Origin: Octopus vulgaris
Taxonomy: Eukaryota
Assembly (NCBI GenBank): GCA_951406725.2
Contig: OX597831.1
Span: 82,770,001 to 82,834,000 of the forward strand
DNA: 64,000 nt
Direction: 5' to 3'
Shown here: piece by piece, positions 55,200-64,000 of the stretch
Numbering within the stretch: position 1 is the stretch's first letter
How the letters are laid out: the number at the start of each line of letters is the position of its first letter
Translations under genes and position numbers: made by a program
The notes under the pieces: model-generated
What the model was told of the DNA's origin: nothing
The model's database searches: none
What the model saw: only the letters and a program-made list of their open reading frames with translations

Positions 55200-56320
55200 C
55201 TGACTTTCTGTTCAAAGATGATGATTGTGCTTTGAGGAAACAATGGACAGGTTTGCTGTGGCAGCTTGTGCATTTGATCTGATTATCAGCATCAAGAAGA
55301 CTGAAGTGTTATTCCAATCAAACCCTGGAGCAGGACATGTTCAAGACTCAAACATGATGATAGACATCAAGTCACTCAAATGGGTCAGGTTAGAATATCT
55401 AAAGCTACAAGTCCTTTTGGAAAACTTTCCCATTGTTTCTGGGATGAAGACAATGTCAGGCTGGAAACTAAACTAAGGGCATACAAATCTTGAATTTTGA
55501 GCACAGCTTTGTATGGGACAGAAGCATGGACTCTCTACTACAAACATATAAAGAAACCTTTCACATGTGCTCCTTGCACAATATAAAGTGGCAAGATAGG
55601 GTTAATGAGCTGGCAGAAGCATTAGCATGCCGGGCGAAAAGCTTAGCAGCATTTTGTCTGCCACTACGTTCTGAGTTCAAATTCCGCTGAGGTTGACTTT
55701 GCCTTTCATCCTTTTAGGGTAGATTAAATAAGTACCAGTTACACACTGGGGTCGATATAATCGACTTAATCCGTTTGTCTGTCCTTGTTTGTCCTCTCTG
55801 TGTTTAGCCCCTTGTGGGCAGTAAAGAAATAAAAAATAAAGTGGCAAGATGAGATTATCCAATGCCAAAATCTTAGAAAAGTGGGATATCTCCCTTATCC
55901 AAAGCAAGCTCTATGAGAATTCAGTGCAGATGGTGGGTAGGGCATGTTGTTTGAATGAAAAATGACTGCATTCCAAAAATTCTTTTGTATGGCCAACAAG
56001 TGGAGGGATATTGTGACAAAGGAAGACCTCTCCTTTGGTATAAGGATAAGTTGAAGCAATCCCTAAAATCTCTACAGCTTAACTTGGACATCTTGGGAAA
56101 GTCATTGCCAAGATTGATCTGCATGGTGTAAAATGTGTCATGATGCATCCAAACAATTTCGGTTGAAGAAAAAGAACAATAAAAGGACTATATCCTGTAA
56201 CCATCAGACACACTTGCTGAATCCCAGGCCAAATCAGAATCATCAATGCCCCCATTGCAACTTCATAGCAAAATCCATTCCTGGACTGAAATTGCTTTCA
56301 CACTTTCATCACAAATAGAT
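55200..56320 (+). mobile_element. Decayed RTE (BovB-like) LINE interrupted by a SINE
   Basis: FDLIISIKKTEVLFQ, LYGTEAWTL, NIKWQD, WVGHVV*MKNDCIPKILLYGQ and a C-terminal CPHC..H motif. Confidence 0.75.
55598..55835 (+). mobile_element. Nin-domain-like tRNA SINE with 15-bp target-site duplication
   Basis: tggcagaagcattagc (A box), gagttcaaattcc (B box), gcctttcatccttt core. ATAAAGTGGCAAGAT occurs at 55583-55597 and 55836-55850. Confidence 0.9.
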
Positions 56321-57141
56321 TCAGCTTCTTAGAGTTTTCGTTTTTGTTTTCTTCCTATTTCTCTCTTTAACTCATTCGTAGAAACTGACCAGAGCAACCT
56401 TCATACATATAAAATCATCATCATCATCATCAGCATTCCCTGCAGCATTGGCATCTTCATGTCCCCATTTCCATGTTGGCATGGGTTAGATGATCTAAGA
56501 TGATCCAGCAGGCTGGAAGTCCACACCTCTTGATCTAGTGCCAGTCTTAGTGGCTGGAATCCCTTCCTAACACTGTGTGTGTCAATGCTGAAATATATCT
56601 TTAAATAATGCATCTAGACATGCTACACCTACAACACAACTGTACTCAAAATTATACATACAGATACATTTGTACTTCAATATTTCAATAGAAAATAAAT
56701 CTACACACCCACGCATGCACACAGAGTGAAATGCAACCATGTACATATACACACAAATTCACACCTATTTTAACAAATAATTATCCATTCCAATGCACAT
56801 AAATTTAATAAACAGAATCTGAGAAAACACAAGATCTTATATTTACCGAAGCATGATCACATTAAGATTTCAGTGTGGAATTAAATAATCTTGCCCACTT
56901 CCATACTAATTAAGCTTAACCTATATCAGATAGAGAGCTGGCTTTGTCTCTCTAAAGACAGAAACAAAGAACAAGGAACCGAAACAACAGAATCAAAGAA
57001 TGAAAAACTCAATAAAACCAAGAACTAGCAATAAGAGTCCAAATTAGATTCAGTTATTTATGAGCAATAATTCCTAAAGTTAATTGGTTTCTTGTAAACA
57101 AAGCCAATATCATGTCACATGACAAACAAGACATAGTTTTC

Positions 57142-57219
57142 AATTAACCTGGTCCAGGTAAATATTTAATTAACCTGGTCCAGGTAAATATTTGGTTAAC
57201 CTGGTTGAGGTAAATATTC
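57142..57219. repeat. 26-bp tandem repeat x3 with an internal palindrome
   Basis: Unit aattaacctggtccaggtaaatattt; the third copy is diverged. Confidence 0.9.
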
Positions 57220-57519
57220 AATTACAAAAAGTCTGGAGAGGAAAGCTTTTCCATGGCCAATATCCTGCAAGAATGAAGAGAATGGCATTGAAGAAGACCA
57301 AAAGCTGAAAATGACTCAATAAATTGAAGTTAAAAGCAGAAACAGAAGTTTGATTCTAGCTGCCAAGTCACAAAGAATTACAAACAGAAGAAAAAAAAGA
57401 ATTTAAAAAATAGATAATGTCCAATTATTTAATTAGTACAACTGATCACCTCATCTTTGACTGTCCATTCTTTGCCAAATCCCAAAATTTCCACAGACAC
57501 AACTGAATCAGCAGTTACG

Positions 57520-57870
57520 ACCACTACACAGTATACCAACATGGGAAAAAGTGGACAAGTATTTAGCGACAATCATTTGGGACATTCCATAACCAGACTG
57601 ACAATAAGATTAAGGCAAACCACCCAGATATAGTAATTAAGGATGAGAATCCTAACAGAAGGGATAAAGATCCATTCTGAGCAACACATGGTCCAAAAAG
57701 AGGTGGAGGAGAATGATGAAAGAGGATGCTGGAGCTGAAATTAAACGGGATGGAGGGAGAGGAGTGAAAACAGTACCAGTAATAACTGGGGCACAATATA
57801 TGTAGGATACTGAACATAACACACCCTCTTTATAACCAATAGCCAATACTACAGTACCTACCACCCATTA
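57520..57870 (+). mobile_element. Decayed R4/Dong-like endonuclease fragment
   Basis: ATIIWDIP, TDNKIKANHPDIVIKD and VKTVPVITGA. Confidence 0.7.
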
Positions 57871-57979
57871 ACTCTAAAAAAAACCACACATGCTAGTACA
57901 CACGCACACACACGCACGCACACACACACACACACACACACTTCCACATGCAATTCATTGTTTTGATTGTTTTTTATTT

Positions 57980-58120
57980 TGGCACAAGGTCTGCAAATTT
58001 GAGGGGTGGGGAAATGAATCACACTGACCCCAGTATTCAACTGGTTCTTATTTTATTGACACCAAAAGGGGTGAAAGGCAAAGCCAATTTCAGTGACATT
58101 TGAACTCAGAATGTTCAAGA
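57980..58120 (-). mobile_element. Nin-domain-like SINE fragment
   Basis: ggcacaagg...attgac...gaaaggcaaag...atttgaactcagaa. Confidence 0.7.
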
Positions 58121-58121
58121 C

Positions 58122-58198
<77 letters not shown>

Positions 58199-58200
58199 GA

Positions 58201-61200
58201 TAATGTGACAACAGAAATAATGTGACAACAGAAATAAATGGACCGGTACCCTACGAAAATGACGACCGTCAAAATAATGGGCCGGACGTTGTACCTCATG
58301 TCCCGCAAATAAAACCCAAAAGACGTAAATGGACACATGAGGAATACATTTCTATCTTACACGCATACTTCACAGCAGTACTCTACCCAAAAAATGAAAA
58401 TACAACAACACATACATATAAAATATGGAAGGAAAATAATAGAGATATAGACTTGGATACAGCAATGAACCCTAATAAATTAGCTAACGTACGAAGATAC
58501 ATTCTCAAAGCCAAAAAAATATCAGAAATAGAAATAGAACATTTAAAAGAAAAAATACACCAGGAAAATGTAGATAGAAGCCACACAACAATGCCCAATA
58601 ATATAAACACTGAAACTGTAAAACACGAAGACAAACGCAACATTCCCAACAAACACGATGTAAACAACGAAGGGAGCCTAATGATTATGATAATATAAAA
58701 AATAAAATAATCAAAGAACTGAAAACCACAGAGCTCAAAATGGACCACCGACCATACCTCCCAAGAATCAAAATAAATAAAATAACAACACCTATTATAA
58801 ACAGCATAAACCTAGCCGTCACTGAACTGATAGCCACTGAATCAAAAAAAAAGTGATATCACTGAGCTAAATAACCTAATATACGCAGCAGCCACTGCAG
58901 CCACAAAAGAAGCTGGATACTCACCCAAACCCGCCCAAACAGGAGTACCACCACCCAAACAAACCCTGTGGATAAATAACATCCAAAGCAAAATTTAAAA
59001 AAATTAGAAAAGACCTGTCGATTCTTAATGAAATCAGCAAACAATCAACACTGCTGAGCAACAAAAAGAGAACAAAAATACTCCGCAAATATAACATCAC
59101 AGAGAAAGATTTGCCTGAAATAAAAGAAAAGCTGAAGCAAGATATCCTTGCCAAAGCACAAAGGATCCACCGGTACAACAAACGCCAACGCTTCTTTGAA
59201 GAAAACAAAAAGTTCAACTCTAACCCCCAAAAGTTCTACCAAGAACTTGGCAAAAATAAAATAGAAATCACTACACCAACGGCAGAAGAAGTGGAAGAAT
59301 TCTGGAGAGAAATATGGTCGGCGAACGAACAACCAAAAAAAAAGGAGTATTAAAACAACAAACCCAGCATCTGAGCAACTTTGGACCCCCATAACAACTG
59401 AAGAGGTCACCCAGGCACTGCAAAGACTAAGCAACTGGAAAGCACCTGGGCATGACAAGATCCCCAACTTGTGGCTGAAATATCTAACAGGAATGCACAA
59501 AAAGCTGGCTGAAAACTTTAACAACGTACTAGCAGAGCCAGAGACAATGCCTGAATGGCTCACGAAGGGGAAAACCATCTTAATTCCCAAATCAAATGAA
59601 ACAGAAAAACCAGAAAACTACAGACCAATAACCTGCCTCCCTACTATGTTCAAGGCATTTACTGCAGTGATATCACAAAGGCTGAACAAGCACCTGGACG
59701 AAAACAAACTGTTCCCAGAAGAGCAGAAAGGATGCTGCAAAGGCTCATATGGCTGTAAAGATCAACTAATGATTAATAAAGCCATAACTGAAGACAGCCA
59801 CAGAAAGAAGAAAGGCCTCAGTATGGCCTGGATTGACTACAAAAAGGCGTTTGATAGCATCCCCCACACATGGATCCACGAAACACTAGCCATTAACAAA
59901 GTAGCACCAACAATCATAAAATTCATAGAGCACTCTATGAATAAATGGCAAACAGTCCTACACCTCCAAACAAAAGAGGGACTCATGAAAACCAAAGACA
60001 TCCCCATTAGAAGAGGAATATTCCAGGGAGACACGCTCTCTCTCCACTCCTTTTCTGCTTGGCACTGTCACCTCTATCTGATATGCTAAATAGAACTGGA
60101 TGCGGATATAAATGTTACGGCAAAACGATCAGCCACCTTTTATATATGGATGACCTAAAACTATACGCTGCAAATGACAAACAGCTGGAAACACTATTAA
60201 AGACAGTTCATGGATTTACCAAAGAAATAGATATGAAATTTGGATTAGAAAAATGCGCCAAAGTAACCCTGAAAAGAGGAAAACTAGTTACGAGTAACAA
60301 CATCACACTAGATAAAACCAATGAAATAAAAGAATTAGACCAAAGCCAAACTTACAAATACTTAGGAATCCATGAACTAGATAAGACACAACACACACAA
60401 ATGAAAGAGAAAATAAAAAAAGAATATTATAGACGAGTTAGATCAATACTAAACACAGAGCTCAATGCTAAAAACAAGATAATAGGTATCAACACTTTAG
60501 CTGTCCCAGTTATAAGTTACAGCTACAATATCCTTAACTGGACACGAAATGAACTGACCAAAATAGATAGGAAAACAAGAAAAATAATGACAGGATCTAG
60601 GATGCATCACCCAAAATCTGATATAGAAAGACTATATATACAACGTATAGAAGGTGGTAGAGGCCTTATACAGCTGGAAAACTACTATAAAATAACCACC
60701 ATAGGACTGCAAAAATATCTACTTCAGAAGGAAGGAAAACTGATCCAGATAGCGGCAAAACACGAGCAAAACAAAAAACTGTTCTCAGTATTTAAGGAAG
60801 CTGACAAATACAAACAAGAAATCATACCACCTAATAAACATGAAGAAGAAGAAGAAGATGAAGAAACAACAAAAGCTATAAAACAAATGAAATCCAAACT
60901 AAAAATAGAACAGCAACGAGCCATGATAAAACGATGGCAAGAAAAGCCCCTTCATGGTAAATACTGGACTAAACTAAATGCAAAAGAAATAGACAAAGAA
61001 AAATCCCAGCAATGGTTGAGAAGCTCAGGACTCAAAGCAGAAACAGAGGGATTTTTAATTGCAGCACAAGACCAAAGCCTCCCCACCAGAAATTACCAAA
61101 AACATGTAATGAAAAGAAATATTACAAGTAACTGCAGAATATGTGGAGATGGACAAGAAACAATAAAGCATATTATCTCTAGCTGCCCAGTCTTGGCTAA

Positions 61201-61795
61201 GAAGGAATATATTCACAGACATGACAGAGTTGGAACCTACATACATTGGAAGCTATGCCAACATTATGGAATAACAACAGAAAAAAGATGGTATAGGCAC
61301 ACACCAGAAAAGGTCACAGAAAACGAGAAAGCAACCATACTCTGGGATATGCCGATACACACAGATAGAGAAATTAAGGCCAACAGACCAGATATAGTTG
61401 TCAGAGATCATGAAGAAAAAAATGCTTTCTAATTGATGTATCAATACCGGCTGATGACAACGTGTCTCTAAAAGAAATGGAGAAACTCTCAAAATACAAA
61501 GACCTGGAAATAGAGGTAACTAGAATGTGGAATCTGAAAACAGAAACAATTCCTATCATAGTAGGTGCATTAGGCATGATAAAAAAATATTCAGACAAAT
61601 ACATAACAAAAACACCAGGACTTACAAACACATATAACATACAGAAAATTGCACTACTAGGCACTGCACACATCCTACGCAGAACACTTTCCATACAATA
61701 ACCATCAGAGCATCACAACAAATCACAGCACATACCCAAGGCACATAGAGCTGTGCTCGGTAGGTGAAAGCACGCTATAAAAATAAAACTACTGA
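58201..61795 (+). mobile_element. Near-full-length R4/Dong-clade non-LTR retrotransposon (single ORF: RT plus restriction-like endonuclease), frameshifted
   Basis: N-terminal RRKWT..E motif; RT motifs NWKAPGHD, NYRPITCL, EQKG, WIDYKKAFDSIPH, GIFQGDTLS, LLYMDDLKLY, KYLG; CCHC knuckle CRIC..ETIKHIISSC; RHD; RPD..IDVSIP..EKLSKY. Stop at 61701; (AAT)n on both sides. Confidence 0.95.
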
Positions 61796-61837
61796 ATAAT
61801 AATAATAATAATGATAATAATAATAATAATAGTAATA

Positions 61838-62609
61838 TAACGTATGATCAGTTTGCAAGAGATGTGAACGTGAAGACATACGGAGGAGCGGTGGCTATGG
61901 ATGAGGAGTAACCTGAAGATAAAGACAGAAGCACTCTTATGCACAGCTGAGGAACAAGCAGAATGTGTGGTGAGAGGGATGAAACAGTATGGCACATTAT
62001 AAGTGAGTGCCCAAAACTGGCACAATGGGAATATAAAAGATGCCATGACAATGTAGCAAGAGTGATCCATTGAGAACTCTGTGGAAATCATGGCCTACAA
62101 AGAGTAAAGACGAGGCATGAGCAAACCCTAGAAGGGGTCAGCGAGAATGAGGATAGCAAAGTCTTGTGGGATGCAATGACCCAGTGCGGTCACCTGACCA
62201 GACATTGGAAACCGGACATTGTTGTGGTGAATAAAATTGAACGAACATGGATGATAATCGACAGAGCATGCCCCGCTGACAACAGGATCAATGTGAAAGA
62301 AGAAGAGAACAAATAAACAACTATGACGATTTAAAATAGGAAATACGAAGGTTGCGGTCAATGAGGAGAGTAGAAGTGATACCAGTAGTAATTGGAAGCA
62401 TCAGCACTCAACTACCAACATGGCTAAAAAAAGATTAGAGCAAGTGCAAAGGTAAAACATCAACAAAAATCAGCATTGACCGGAACTGCAAGAATTCTTC
62501 ACAGGGTTTTTGAAGCATGACCAGTAAACAAGTGTCACCTTAGTCTGCTGGCTGTGGACAGCTGACACTTTCCATCATATCCAACAAAATAAACTGACAG
62601 TTTTCATCA

Positions 62610-62610
<1 letters not shown>
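61838..62610 (+). mobile_element. Second, older 5'-truncated R4/Dong-like LINE
   Basis: ETVWHIISECPKLAQWEYKRCHDNVARVIH, KVLWD, KPDIVVVNK, IIDRACPAD, TGTARILHRVFEA*. Followed by (AAT)n. Confidence 0.85.
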
Positions 62611-62647
<37 letters not shown>

Positions 62648-62735
62648 TACCTACATCTCCACAGTCATTGTTATGCATTAATCTTGCACAAACCATGCAA
62701 CACACGCTCTGTCTGACATTAAAAATACATAAACA

Positions 62736-62829
62736 CATCAACCACACAACAAAAGAATCTAACTCTCACTGGACAGCATCAACCACACAACAAAAGAATC
62801 TAACTCTCACTGGACAGCATCAACACAAC
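62736..62829. repeat. ~41-bp tandem duplication
   Basis: catcaaccacacaacaaaagaatctaactctcactggacag twice, plus a partial third copy. Confidence 0.9.
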
Positions 62830-63009
62830 TGAGGAAACACTAAAATAATACCGAAAACAACAAAAGAAAATCCTTATCAGAAAACCGATTCTGTATATAA
62901 ACATAATTGTCCTTTTTGTAAAAGACAAAAGTTCCATACGGTGTGTTCCTGGGTTTTAGAGTGGGGCCTCACATTCAAAACTGTTGAAAATATGATGATG
63001 ATGATGATT

Positions 63010-63520
63010 CTTTCTGCTATAGGTACAAGGCCTGGAATTTTGTGGGAGAGGCTAATCAATTATGTCAACCCTAGTCATCAACTGGTTCTTATTTCATCAA
63101 CTTCCAAGAGAATAAAAGCAAAGTCAACTTTGGTGGTATTTGAACTCAGAACATAAAGGTGGATTAAATGCCACCATGCAGTTTATCCAGTGAGCTAACA
63201 ACAACAACAACAACAACAATAATAATGCTTTCTCCTATAGGCACAAGGCCTGAAATTTTGTGTAGAGGGACCAGCCGATTACATCGACCGCAGTGTTTCA
63301 CTGGTACTTAATTTATCAACCCTGAAAGAATGAAAGGCAAAGTTGACCTCTTCTAATTTAAGCAGGTCAATAGTTTTGAGGGACGGGAAGTCAGTTACCC
63401 ACTCCCATCCTCATCCCCCGTTGGTGTTATTTTATTTTATCAACGTTGAAAAGATGAAAGGTAAAGGTGACTGCAGCTGGAATTGAACTCAGAACATAAA
63501 GAAGAGCCAGAAGGCATTTA
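63010..63520 (-). mobile_element. Cluster of three Nin-domain-like SINE fragments
   Basis: Repeated aggcctgaaattttg, gaaaggcaaagttgacc and tgaactcagaacataaag motifs. Confidence 0.75.
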
Positions 63521-63759
63521 GCACAAGGTTTTTAGTTCCACTGTCTCATGATTTTCTCTCTTCACAACAACGGTAACAACAACAATAAATGATAAATACC
63601 TTTTGGAGTTTCGCAAAACGAATACACAGTAGAAATTTTTCCAGCATTTTTAACCAATTCCAGAAAATTGAGAATGGAGTCCCAGAAGAACTTTTGTTTC
63701 GTGGTTGTGTGTTTGTGCAACAGGAGAAAAAGAAATGAGTAGAGAAATGTGCAACACAG

Positions 63760-63833
<74 letters not shown>

Positions 63834-64000
63834 AACAGGCTTAGAAAAACTGACGGGTTTAGAAAAGGAAATGATTTCTTGAGAGACCCAGACAAACTGC
63901 CAATCACTCTTCGCGTTTCCTTTATTTCCATTTCTACAACTTCCAGCACCACACACCTTTACTTTTCCATAACATTTCCTAAACGATATTTCATTCACAC

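Noticed and set aside
63599-63647. Minus-strand MLEKFLLCIRFAKLQK followed by AG|GTATTT
   Set aside because: Too short, with no homology or partner exon to support it.

Overview
AT-rich, microsatellite-dense eukaryotic genomic DNA. Its repeat content (tRNA-derived CORE-like and Nin-domain SINEs, RTE 3' tails ending in (TGA)n, Penelope-type remnants) looks like an octopus or other coleoid cephalopod; this is inferred from repeat style only. No host protein-coding gene can be named, and most listed ORFs are microsatellite artefacts. Supported features: a near-full-length R4/Dong-like restriction-endonuclease LINE (58.2-61.8 kb) plus several related fragments, mostly next to (AAT)n; RTE LINE fragments; many SINEs; an internally deleted DD37D Tc1/mariner; a non-autonomous Helitron; Penelope-type minimal hammerhead ribozymes; and minisatellites. 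A transposon-poor zone at about 24.7-32.5 kb has promoter- and exon-like signals. The most striking unexplained feature is a ~170-nt hairpin at 54,785-54,955. Its non-Watson-Crick positions are mostly G-U with no A-C, which points to a selected + strand RNA duplex, and its 3' arm opens with 11 nt identical to miR-10.
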